From Minisyncoccia bacterium (lineage in GTDB: Bacteria; Patescibacteriota; Minisyncoccia; Phycocordibacterales; UBA918), in NCBI GenBank assembly GCA_964229335.1, contig CAXRCZ010000007.1, positions 59,275 to 123,274 on the forward strand: 64,000 nucleotides of DNA, given 5' to 3'. Every line of letters starts with the position of its first letter. The stretch's first letter is position 1. Under the pieces are notes generated by a model, which was not told where the DNA came from, made no database searches, and worked only from the letters and a program-made list of their open reading frames with translations. The position numbers and the translations under genes were made by a program. Below, piece after piece: positions 1 through 8,344 of the stretch.

Positions 1-988
1 GGTCACCGGGAGTAGGGGTGAAAATATCACCCGACTCGCAGTTGTGTCCTACCACAATGTATTCTTTAGTTTCATCATCATTATTTATCACCTCGATTTT
101 ATGTTGAGCGCCGTACATAGCTGTACGCAAAAAATCATTCATACCAGTATTGATTCGCAGAAAAGTGAAGCCGTCGGCTCCAGTATCGACAATATCGTCG
201 ACAGTTGCTACCAAGGTGCCGGCATGCGCAATCAGGTACGTACCAGGTTCAATTTCAAGCCGTAACTCTCTGCCAGTTTCAGCTGCAAAGTTCTCTAACT
301 TGCTAGAAAAGAGCTCCATTATTACCGACATATCAGCCTCTTTCTCAGTATCATATCGATGCACTTTGAAACCACCTCCGATATCGAGCGCGATGACATC
401 GGGTAATTGCGTGGCAATCGAAAGCGACCGATCCATCACCTCTCCCCACACTTTGGGATCTGAACCTGACCCAACATGGATATGTAGGCGATCAATGATC
501 ACATCATTTTCTTTGGCTAGTGCTAGAGCTTCGGGAATATATTCGTACCAAAGTCCAAACGCTGAGGTTGCTCCCCCGGTACTGGTGCGCTTGTTATGCC
601 CCACCCCCATATCAATATTAATCCGTATCCCAACAGTATCAGGATGATTGGCGGCGGCAATAAAATCTCTCAGTTGTCGCATCGAGGTGGCCACATAGAG
701 CACTCCTTGCTCAAGTAATTCAGCAAGATTAGGAGTTGACTGCTGTGAAGATAGCGAAATCTTATTACCCTCGATACCCATTTCTAATAACTCATCTGCT
801 TCATAACTTGAACTGGCATCAAACTCAACACCTGCAGTATCAATGAGTTTTATTATTTCTGGATGTGGATTGGCTTTAACGGCGTAGCGAGTCGTCAAGC
901 CAAATGGAGCTTCTAGACTAGTTAGTTCTTGTAGTCGTCGCTGTATTATTAATCGACTGTATTCGTAACGCGGAAGTGCTGTAGACAT
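1..988 (-). CDS. PLP-dependent group IV decarboxylase (Orn/DAP/Arg decarboxylase family); mirrored copy of 7181-8311, C-terminus cut by the window start
   Basis: ATG at 986-988 (reverse strand). Sequence is identical to the first 988 nt of 7181-8311. Confidence 0.8.
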   Translation of the reverse strand, partial: MSTALPRYEYSRLIIQRRLQELTSLEAPFGLTTRYAVKANPHPEIIKLIDTAGVEFDASSSYEADELLEMGIEGNKISLSSQQSTPNLAELLEQGVLYVATSMRQLRDFIAAANHPDTVGIRINIDMGVGHNKRTSTGGATSAFGLWYEYIPEALALAKENDVIIDRLHIHVGSGSDPKVWGEVMDRSLSIATQLPDVIALDIGGGFKVHRYDTEKEADMSVIMELFSSKLENFAAETGRELRLEIEPGTYLIAHAGTLVATVDDIVDTGADGFTFLRINTGMNDFLRTAMYGAQHKIEVINNDDETKEYIVVGHNCESGDIFTPTPGD

Positions 989-1014
989 TACTCGTAAATT
1001 ATCAAACTTAAATA

Positions 1015-1587
1015 TTAGACACGAATAAACTCGTCAACTTCTGGGAGCGGCATAATTTCTTTACCATTCTTTACCTTACCTTCCTCAAACGGAAATACAC
1101 TTATACTTCCATCTAATTCTAGATAGGCATATTCGACCTCTCCAATATTTCTCACTCCATTCTTTCTTAGTTCGGATTCTAGTTCAGCTTCAGTAAAGTT
1201 TTCAGTTTCCAACGCATGCTGAATTATTTGCCCATTTTTTACTAACAAATTTGGCCTACTATTAATAAATTTTTCGAAAGGTGACCACTTGAGTTTTAAT
1301 CTCGAAGTACCAAACTGCAACGTAATCACTGTCATAATAATTAGTGCTGCATAAATTATTGCTACAGATGGATAAAACATTACATCTCCCACCGCTGAAC
1401 CGAGCGCTACAATTAGTAACATCTCAACTGGAGTCATTTGTTTACGCGCTTTTTTTCCTCCTGCTCTCAGAAACACTAAGGCAAAGATATAAATAACCAG
1501 AACTCTAAAAGTAATTTCTAACAAGAATACCCATTCACTTTCACCAAAAATTGTTTGTGTTAGATCAAATGTAACTACCGGATCCAT
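1015..1587 (-). CDS. DUF421 (YetF-like) membrane protein
   Basis: 190-aa ORF with N-terminal TM helices and a C-terminal soluble domain typical of DUF421. Twin of 6582-7154. Confidence 0.7.
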   Translation of the reverse strand: MDPVVTFDLTQTIFGESEWVFLLEITFRVLVIYIFALVFLRAGGKKARKQMTPVEMLLIVALGSAVGDVMFYPSVAIIYAALIIMTVITLQFGTSRLKLKWSPFEKFINSRPNLLVKNGQIIQHALETENFTEAELESELRKNGVRNIGEVEYAYLELDGSISVFPFEEGKVKNGKEIMPLPEVDEFIRV

Positions 1588-1629
1588 GAAATTTTCTAAT
1601 TAATACGTGTAACGATTACTACAATATGT

Positions 1630-2238
1630 ATGTATAGTATCTTATTTTTCTTTTTTTCGCTTACGATAGCTGCGTCTGGTTTTTTAAAATGGTATGGTTT
1701 CTTAATGGATTGGATCTATCAGTCATATTCAGATGTGCCACAAATACTGTTCTCAGTAATAGTATTTACTTCGATAGTAGTACTTTATACAAGAATCGTT
1801 GGTCTTCGAAGTTTTTCTAAAATGTCTAGCTTTGATTTTGCCATCACAGTAGCGTTTGGTTCTATACTAGCTTCTGTGGTAATCGCAAAAGAACCTAAGA
1901 TATTCCAAGCTGCAGTAGCTATGGGTGGTTTATATTTGTTTCAATACGTACTGTCATTTATAAAAGTGAGGAATAAATGGTTTGCTACCTTGATTGATAA
2001 TGAACCGATTTTACTAATGAATAATCAAGGTTTTTTAGAAGACAATTTAAAAAAAGCCCGAGTTACTAAAGATGAAGTCAGAGATAAACTACGCAAAGCT
2101 AACGTGCTTCAACTCTCAGAAGTAAGGGCTGTAGTTTTTGAAACTACTGGTGATATTTCTGTATTACACAGTACATCCGACAGAAAAATAGATAGTGAAA
2201 TTACAGCCAACGTAAGAGATAAACATTTAATTCAATAA
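1630..2238 (+). CDS. DUF421 (YetF-like) membrane protein, paralog
   Basis: 202-aa ORF with the same architecture. Twin of 5931-6539. Confidence 0.7.
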   Translation: MYSILFFFFSLTIAASGFLKWYGFLMDWIYQSYSDVPQILFSVIVFTSIVVLYTRIVGLRSFSKMSSFDFAITVAFGSILASVVIAKEPKIFQAAVAMGGLYLFQYVLSFIKVRNKWFATLIDNEPILLMNNQGFLEDNLKKARVTKDEVRDKLRKANVLQLSEVRAVVFETTGDISVLHSTSDRKIDSEITANVRDKHLIQ

Positions 2239-2272
2239 CTAGCCGTCTGGGACAATGTTGGAACTTTTTTAG

Positions 2273-2800
2273 CTAAGAAATCGGCTTAATTTCTACTCCA
2301 CTATCTTTATACTCCCGGTATTCTTCCTTGGTTTCTCTCGAATCTACTGACTTACAATAAAACACTTCGTCACCAAAAGAAGACGGTACATCCCACAGCT
2401 TATGTTTAATAACAGCTCCCCACATCCACTTAGAGAGAACGATGTCATCAGATTTCATTATTCCCCCATGAGTAATATTTTCTCCTCCGTCTTTATAGAA
2501 CACCAGATCTCCAGGTTCTGGATTATTTGTTGCTACAAGAATATTCTTACTAAATAGATGTTTTATAAATTCTTGCTGTACAGGATTGTTTCCTCCAAGG
2601 AACTCTGGATCTTGCTCAAGTCCAAAAGCGAATACGAAACAATTATAGTTTATTAAGTATGCTGGTGGTGGGGCTACTATTGTTAACTCCAAAGGAAGAC
2701 GAGATCGAATATATGCTTCAAATTCATCCGGTACCCACCACTTTCTTCCTTCTTCCTCTTCAATTAGTTCTGTGAGTTCCTCTCTGTCTTTTTTGTTCAT
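2273..2800 (-). CDS. Hypothetical protein, possible papain-like Cys/His hydrolase
   Basis: 175-aa ORF with NCFVFAFG and ITHGG motifs. Twin of 5369-5896. Function not recognised. Confidence 0.55.
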   Translation of the reverse strand: MNKKDREELTELIEEEEGRKWWVPDEFEAYIRSRLPLELTIVAPPPAYLINYNCFVFAFGLEQDPEFLGGNNPVQQEFIKHLFSKNILVATNNPEPGDLVFYKDGGENITHGGIMKSDDIVLSKWMWGAVIKHKLWDVPSSFGDEVFYCKSVDSRETKEEYREYKDSGVEIKPIS

Positions 2801-3101
2801 ATGAAGAGTATACCTTGATCAAGAAGTCGAACTAAATATAGCTGAAATATCGGTGCTAGCCGTCTGGGACAATGTTGGAACTTTTCTGGGGTTATGATAA
2901 CTTACTCACAGGAGGACACCATGCACGAACAATCAAGCTCTTACGCAATGTGTTAACAGATTCTCAACCATCCTCGGTTCAAGGACTCGGACGCTCATGA
3001 GCGTTCATCTCTCTACAATAAATTGTCAGGGATGACATTTTCTGAACTCGCTGAAGAGCGAAAGAAAATTGGTCTACTGACTTATGAAGATTAATTTGCG
3101 T

Positions 3102-3129
3102 CACCTCTTTAACAGGAGGTGGCTTTTTT
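3102..3129 (+). terminator. Rho-independent terminator-like hairpin (mirror copy at 5040-5067 on the minus strand)
   Basis: Stem cacctc / gaggtg with an 8-nt loop, followed by gctttttt. Confidence 0.5.
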
Positions 3130-3161
3130 ACGAGCTACCGGACAGGGACGATGTTGGAACT

Positions 3162-3641
3162 TTATTGGCCAGCCGCTTCTAGAGCAGCAAGTGCATATCG
3201 TTGAGTTTCTGGTCGCATTCTCTCATCTTTTTCTAACAAATCATCTAGGTCTACTCTGGTGCACCATCTGTATTCTGTATCCATACTGTCTTCTTCTTGT
3301 GGATTGATTTCTCTAGAATCAGACCGTGCTGCAAATACTAAAGAGGAGTGGTCGTGTACCTCGTTTATTTTATGACGATTCATAAACAATGGTGGGACAA
3401 GGTCTTTATTTGTTTCAGTATCTGTTTGAGTCCAATTTTTAGGACCAATCAAAGTAACTTTTAGACCTGATTCTTCCCAAGCTTCTCGTACCGCAGCTTC
3501 GTTTGCATCTTCGCCGGGATCAATATGCCCTCCTGGCGTACCCCAATAGTTGTACTTTTCATGCAACCTCAGTAGTACAGCATCTCCATTTACTATGAAG
3601 GTATCTACGCAGAGGTCTAGGTAGTAATTTATATGTGCCAT
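3162..3641 (-). CDS. NUDIX hydrolase
   Basis: Nudix box GGHIDPGEDANEAAVREAWEESGL. Twin of 4528-5007. Confidence 0.85.
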   Translation of the reverse strand: MAHINYYLDLCVDTFIVNGDAVLLRLHEKYNYWGTPGGHIDPGEDANEAAVREAWEESGLKVTLIGPKNWTQTDTETNKDLVPPLFMNRHKINEVHDHSSLVFAARSDSREINPQEEDSMDTEYRWCTRVDLDDLLEKDERMRPETQRYALAALEAAGQ

Positions 3642-3833
3642 ACATGAAAGTATAGCAAATTACTGGACAGGGACTCGGTCAGGAGTCGATTATTTTCATG
3701 AATGAAAATATATCGCTCACGACCCTGGCTCGAAACTCCAGTCCCCCAGACTGGTTTTCTCCGCCTTTCTCGTCCCAGTGCTCGGTATCCATAACGATAA
3801 ATTGCGATAGCAAATGCTATCGCAGTTTAATCG

Positions 3834-3907
3834 TGGCTACCGGACAGGGACTCGAACCCCGATCGCTTGGACCAAAACCAAGTGTCCTACCATTAGACGA
3901 TCCGGTA
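3834..3907 (-). tRNA. tRNA-Gln(TTG), mirror copy
   Basis: Exact reverse complement of 4262-4335. Confidence 0.9.
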
Positions 3908-4261
3908 AAATATTTCATTACCAACGATTTACTAACGGGAGGACGCGCAGTGTCCATACTGTCGAGCTAAGTGAGGGTCTAAAGAAAATATGTTTTCTTT
4001 AGACCGAACGTGCGCTGACAGCAAGCTTTGCTTACCATTAGACGATCCGGTAATTTTGTAAAATATAGGTACGTACTTTGGTACGTACCAAAGTACGTAC
4101 CTATATTTTACAAAATTACCGGATCGTCTAATGGTAAGCAAAGCTTGCTGTCAGCGCACGTTCGGTCTAAAGAAAACATATTTTCTTTAGACCCTCACTT
4201 AGCTCGACAGTATGGACACTGCGCGTCCTCCCGTTAGTAAATCGTTGGTAATGAAATATTT

Positions 4262-4335
4262 TACCGGATCGTCTAATGGTAGGACACTTGGTTTTGGTCC
4301 AAGCGATCGGGGTTCGAGTCCCTGTCCGGTAGCCA
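4262..4335 (+). tRNA. tRNA-Gln(TTG) with encoded CCA
   Basis: Acceptor taccgga/tccggta (U1-A72). Anticodon arm cttgg-ttTTGgt-ccaag. T arm cgggg-ttcgagt-ccctg. Discriminator g followed by cca. Confidence 0.9.
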
Positions 4336-4491
4336 CGATTAAACTGCGATAGCATTTGCTATCGCAATTTATCGTTATGGATACCGAGCACTGGGACGAG
4401 AAAGGCGGAGAAAACCAGTCTGGGGGACTGGAGTTTCGAGCCAGGGTCGTGAGCGATATATTTTCATTCATGAAAATAATCGACTCCTGAC

Positions 4492-4508
4492 CGAGTCCCT
4501 GTCCAGTA
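4492..4508 (+). repeat. R1: near-exact copy of the tRNA-Gln 3' end (mirror at 3661-3677)
   Basis: cgagtccctgtccAgta matches tRNA positions 4315-4331 cgagtccctgtccGgta at 16/17, 177 nt downstream. Confidence 0.85.
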
Positions 4509-4527
4509 ATTTGCTATACTTTCATGT

Positions 4528-5007
4528 ATGGCACATATAAATTACTACCTAGACCTCTGCGTAGATACCTTCATAGTAAATGGAGATGCTGTACTACTGA
4601 GGTTGCATGAAAAGTACAACTATTGGGGTACGCCAGGAGGGCATATTGATCCCGGCGAAGATGCAAACGAAGCTGCGGTACGAGAAGCTTGGGAAGAATC
4701 AGGTCTAAAAGTTACTTTGATTGGTCCTAAAAATTGGACTCAAACAGATACTGAAACAAATAAAGACCTTGTCCCACCATTGTTTATGAATCGTCATAAA
4801 ATAAACGAGGTACACGACCACTCCTCTTTAGTATTTGCAGCACGGTCTGATTCTAGAGAAATCAATCCACAAGAAGAAGACAGTATGGATACAGAATACA
4901 GATGGTGCACCAGAGTAGACCTAGATGATTTGTTAGAAAAAGATGAGAGAATGCGACCAGAAACTCAACGATATGCACTTGCTGCTCTAGAAGCGGCTGG
5001 CCAATAA
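4528..5007 (+). CDS. NUDIX hydrolase
   Basis: 159-aa ORF with a Nudix box. Confidence 0.85.
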   Translation: MAHINYYLDLCVDTFIVNGDAVLLRLHEKYNYWGTPGGHIDPGEDANEAAVREAWEESGLKVTLIGPKNWTQTDTETNKDLVPPLFMNRHKINEVHDHSSLVFAARSDSREINPQEEDSMDTEYRWCTRVDLDDLLEKDERMRPETQRYALAALEAAGQ

Positions 5008-5035
5008 AGTTCCAACATCGTCCCTGTCCGGTAGC
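5007..5035 (+). repeat. R2: att-like repeat aaagttccaacatcgtccctgtccggtagc (mirror at 3134-3162)
   Basis: The last 15 nt, tccctgtccggtagc, are identical to the tRNA-Gln 3' end. The first 14 nt are shared with R3 and R4. Confidence 0.85.
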
Positions 5036-5284
5036 TCGTAAAAAAGCCACCTCCTGTTAAAGAGGTGACGCAAATTAATCTTCATAAGTCAGTAGACCAA
5101 TTTTCTTTCGCTCTTCAGCGAGTTCAGAAAATGTCATCCCTGACAATTTATTGTAGAGAGATGAACGCTCATGAGCGTCCGAGTCCTTGAACCGAGGATG
5201 GTTGAGAATCTGTTAACACATTGCGTAAGAGCTTGATTGTTCGTGCATGGTGTCCTCCTGTGAGTAAGTTATCATAACCCCAGA

Positions 5285-5314
5285 AAAGTTCCAACATTGT
5301 CCCAGACGGCTAGC
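5285..5314 (+). repeat. R3: att-like repeat aaagttccaacattgtcccagacggctagc (mirror at 2855-2884)
   Basis: Direct repeat of R4, and shares 11/15 of its 3' part with R2. Confidence 0.85.
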
Positions 5315-5368
5315 ACCGATATTTCAGCTATATTTAGTTCGACTTCTTGATCAAGGTATACTCTTCAT

Positions 5369-5896
5369 ATGAACAAAAAAGACAGAGAGGAACTCACAGA
5401 ACTAATTGAAGAGGAAGAAGGAAGAAAGTGGTGGGTACCGGATGAATTTGAAGCATATATTCGATCTCGTCTTCCTTTGGAGTTAACAATAGTAGCCCCA
5501 CCACCAGCATACTTAATAAACTATAATTGTTTCGTATTCGCTTTTGGACTTGAGCAAGATCCAGAGTTCCTTGGAGGAAACAATCCTGTACAGCAAGAAT
5601 TTATAAAACATCTATTTAGTAAGAATATTCTTGTAGCAACAAATAATCCAGAACCTGGAGATCTGGTGTTCTATAAAGACGGAGGAGAAAATATTACTCA
5701 TGGGGGAATAATGAAATCTGATGACATCGTTCTCTCTAAGTGGATGTGGGGAGCTGTTATTAAACATAAGCTGTGGGATGTACCGTCTTCTTTTGGTGAC
5801 GAAGTGTTTTATTGTAAGTCAGTAGATTCGAGAGAAACCAAGGAAGAATACCGGGAGTATAAAGATAGTGGAGTAGAAATTAAGCCGATTTCTTAG
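5369..5896 (+). CDS. Hypothetical protein, possible papain-like Cys/His hydrolase
   Basis: 175-aa ORF flanked by R3 and R4. Confidence 0.55.
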   Translation: MNKKDREELTELIEEEEGRKWWVPDEFEAYIRSRLPLELTIVAPPPAYLINYNCFVFAFGLEQDPEFLGGNNPVQQEFIKHLFSKNILVATNNPEPGDLVFYKDGGENITHGGIMKSDDIVLSKWMWGAVIKHKLWDVPSSFGDEVFYCKSVDSRETKEEYREYKDSGVEIKPIS

Positions 5897-5901
5897 CTAA
5901 A

Positions 5902-5930
5902 AAAGTTCCAACATTGTCCCAGACGGCTAG
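5902..5930 (+). repeat. R4: att-like repeat aaagttccaacattgtcccagacggctag (mirror at 2239-2267)
   Basis: Identical to R3 over 29 nt. Confidence 0.85.
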
Positions 5931-6539
5931 TTATTGAATTAAATGTTTATCTCTTACGTTGGCTGTAATTTCACTATCTATTTTTCTGTCGGATGTACTG
6001 TGTAATACAGAAATATCACCAGTAGTTTCAAAAACTACAGCCCTTACTTCTGAGAGTTGAAGCACGTTAGCTTTGCGTAGTTTATCTCTGACTTCATCTT
6101 TAGTAACTCGGGCTTTTTTTAAATTGTCTTCTAAAAAACCTTGATTATTCATTAGTAAAATCGGTTCATTATCAATCAAGGTAGCAAACCATTTATTCCT
6201 CACTTTTATAAATGACAGTACGTATTGAAACAAATATAAACCACCCATAGCTACTGCAGCTTGGAATATCTTAGGTTCTTTTGCGATTACCACAGAAGCT
6301 AGTATAGAACCAAACGCTACTGTGATGGCAAAATCAAAGCTAGACATTTTAGAAAAACTTCGAAGACCAACGATTCTTGTATAAAGTACTACTATCGAAG
6401 TAAATACTATTACTGAGAACAGTATTTGTGGCACATCTGAATATGACTGATAGATCCAATCCATTAAGAAACCATACCATTTTAAAAAACCAGACGCAGC
6501 TATCGTAAGCGAAAAAAAGAAAAATAAGATACTATACAT
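5931..6539 (-). CDS. DUF421 (YetF-like) membrane protein
   Basis: 202-aa ORF. Confidence 0.7.
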   Translation of the reverse strand: MYSILFFFFSLTIAASGFLKWYGFLMDWIYQSYSDVPQILFSVIVFTSIVVLYTRIVGLRSFSKMSSFDFAITVAFGSILASVVIAKEPKIFQAAVAMGGLYLFQYVLSFIKVRNKWFATLIDNEPILLMNNQGFLEDNLKKARVTKDEVRDKLRKANVLQLSEVRAVVFETTGDISVLHSTSDRKIDSEITANVRDKHLIQ

Positions 6540-6581
6540 ACATATTGTAGTAATCGTTACACGTATTAATTAGAAAATTTC

Positions 6582-7154
6582 ATGGATCCGGTAGTTACAT
6601 TTGATCTAACACAAACAATTTTTGGTGAAAGTGAATGGGTATTCTTGTTAGAAATTACTTTTAGAGTTCTGGTTATTTATATCTTTGCCTTAGTGTTTCT
6701 GAGAGCAGGAGGAAAAAAAGCGCGTAAACAAATGACTCCAGTTGAGATGTTACTAATTGTAGCGCTCGGTTCAGCGGTGGGAGATGTAATGTTTTATCCA
6801 TCTGTAGCAATAATTTATGCAGCACTAATTATTATGACAGTGATTACGTTGCAGTTTGGTACTTCGAGATTAAAACTCAAGTGGTCACCTTTCGAAAAAT
6901 TTATTAATAGTAGGCCAAATTTGTTAGTAAAAAATGGGCAAATAATTCAGCATGCGTTGGAAACTGAAAACTTTACTGAAGCTGAACTAGAATCCGAACT
7001 AAGAAAGAATGGAGTGAGAAATATTGGAGAGGTCGAATATGCCTATCTAGAATTAGATGGAAGTATAAGTGTATTTCCGTTTGAGGAAGGTAAGGTAAAG
7101 AATGGTAAAGAAATTATGCCGCTCCCAGAAGTTGACGAGTTTATTCGTGTCTAA
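6582..7154 (+). CDS. DUF421 (YetF-like) membrane protein
   Basis: 190-aa ORF. Confidence 0.7.
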   Translation: MDPVVTFDLTQTIFGESEWVFLLEITFRVLVIYIFALVFLRAGGKKARKQMTPVEMLLIVALGSAVGDVMFYPSVAIIYAALIIMTVITLQFGTSRLKLKWSPFEKFINSRPNLLVKNGQIIQHALETENFTEAELESELRKNGVRNIGEVEYAYLELDGSISVFPFEEGKVKNGKEIMPLPEVDEFIRV

Positions 7155-7180
7155 TATTTAAGTTTGATAATTTACGAGTA

Positions 7181-8311
7181 ATGTCTACAGCACTTCCGCG
7201 TTACGAATACAGTCGATTAATAATACAGCGACGACTACAAGAACTAACTAGTCTAGAAGCTCCATTTGGCTTGACGACTCGCTACGCCGTTAAAGCCAAT
7301 CCACATCCAGAAATAATAAAACTCATTGATACTGCAGGTGTTGAGTTTGATGCCAGTTCAAGTTATGAAGCAGATGAGTTATTAGAAATGGGTATCGAGG
7401 GTAATAAGATTTCGCTATCTTCACAGCAGTCAACTCCTAATCTTGCTGAATTACTTGAGCAAGGAGTGCTCTATGTGGCCACCTCGATGCGACAACTGAG
7501 AGATTTTATTGCCGCCGCCAATCATCCTGATACTGTTGGGATACGGATTAATATTGATATGGGGGTGGGGCATAACAAGCGCACCAGTACCGGGGGAGCA
7601 ACCTCAGCGTTTGGACTTTGGTACGAATATATTCCCGAAGCTCTAGCACTAGCCAAAGAAAATGATGTGATCATTGATCGCCTACATATCCATGTTGGGT
7701 CAGGTTCAGATCCCAAAGTGTGGGGAGAGGTGATGGATCGGTCGCTTTCGATTGCCACGCAATTACCCGATGTCATCGCGCTCGATATCGGAGGTGGTTT
7801 CAAAGTGCATCGATATGATACTGAGAAAGAGGCTGATATGTCGGTAATAATGGAGCTCTTTTCTAGCAAGTTAGAGAACTTTGCAGCTGAAACTGGCAGA
7901 GAGTTACGGCTTGAAATTGAACCTGGTACGTACCTGATTGCGCATGCCGGCACCTTGGTAGCAACTGTCGACGATATTGTCGATACTGGAGCCGACGGCT
8001 TCACTTTTCTGCGAATCAATACTGGTATGAATGATTTTTTGCGTACAGCTATGTACGGCGCTCAACATAAAATCGAGGTGATAAATAATGATGATGAAAC
8101 TAAAGAATACATTGTGGTAGGACACAACTGCGAGTCGGGTGATATTTTCACCCCTACTCCCGGTGACCCAGAAGAAATCGAACCGAGAATGTTAAATAAA
8201 GCAGAGATTGGCGACGAGATACGTATTTATGATGTTGGTGCGTATGGCGCAAGTATGCGAGCCAAGGGCTACAACTCGTTTCCAGACGCTGTTGAGGTGA
8301 TAGTCGATTAG
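7181..8311 (+). CDS. PLP-dependent group IV decarboxylase (LysA / Orn / Arg / carboxynorspermidine decarboxylase family)
   Basis: Motifs YAVKANP (PLP lysine), HIHVGSGS, DIGGGF, EPGTYL, GHNCESGD, GAYGASM. Confidence 0.8.
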   Translation: MSTALPRYEYSRLIIQRRLQELTSLEAPFGLTTRYAVKANPHPEIIKLIDTAGVEFDASSSYEADELLEMGIEGNKISLSSQQSTPNLAELLEQGVLYVATSMRQLRDFIAAANHPDTVGIRINIDMGVGHNKRTSTGGATSAFGLWYEYIPEALALAKENDVIIDRLHIHVGSGSDPKVWGEVMDRSLSIATQLPDVIALDIGGGFKVHRYDTEKEADMSVIMELFSSKLENFAAETGRELRLEIEPGTYLIAHAGTLVATVDDIVDTGADGFTFLRINTGMNDFLRTAMYGAQHKIEVINNDDETKEYIVVGHNCESGDIFTPTPGDPEEIEPRMLNKAEIGDEIRIYDVGAYGASMRAKGYNSFPDAVEVIVD

Positions 8312-8344
8312 ATATATTGTACTATAATAGGTATTATAGGTAGT

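Larger units (their letters stand above)
1..8168. repeat. Perfect palindrome: arm 1-4084 is the exact reverse complement of arm 4085-8168 (x pairs with 8169-x), with no spacer
   Basis: All left-arm ORFs have identical-protein twins on the opposite strand at mirrored coordinates. Bases were hand-checked at the axis (4079-4090) and at the outer ends (1-60 vs 8109-8168). Confidence 0.97.

Noticed and set aside
150-647. 165-aa ORF (and its twin 7522-8019), plus 44-265 / 7904-8125.
   Set aside because: These are antisense shadow ORFs inside the well-supported decarboxylase gene. They have low-complexity Ser/Pro-rich translations and no RBS.
4400-4460. Possible second tRNA or tRNA-like gene (ggagtttcgagccagg resembles a T-loop).
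   Set aside because: No acceptor stem or anticodon arm could be folded. It is better explained as a degraded block of the tRNA-linked element family.
3698-4471. Six mirrored ORFs of 62-90 aa around the palindrome centre.
   Set aside because: They run straight through tRNA-Gln, its truncated copy and perfect hairpins. Their existence in identical pairs is just a consequence of the palindrome.
1-8168. Terminal inverted repeats of a transposon or composite element.
   Set aside because: The arms are contiguous with no unique central segment and no transposase. It is a full palindrome, not TIRs flanking cargo.
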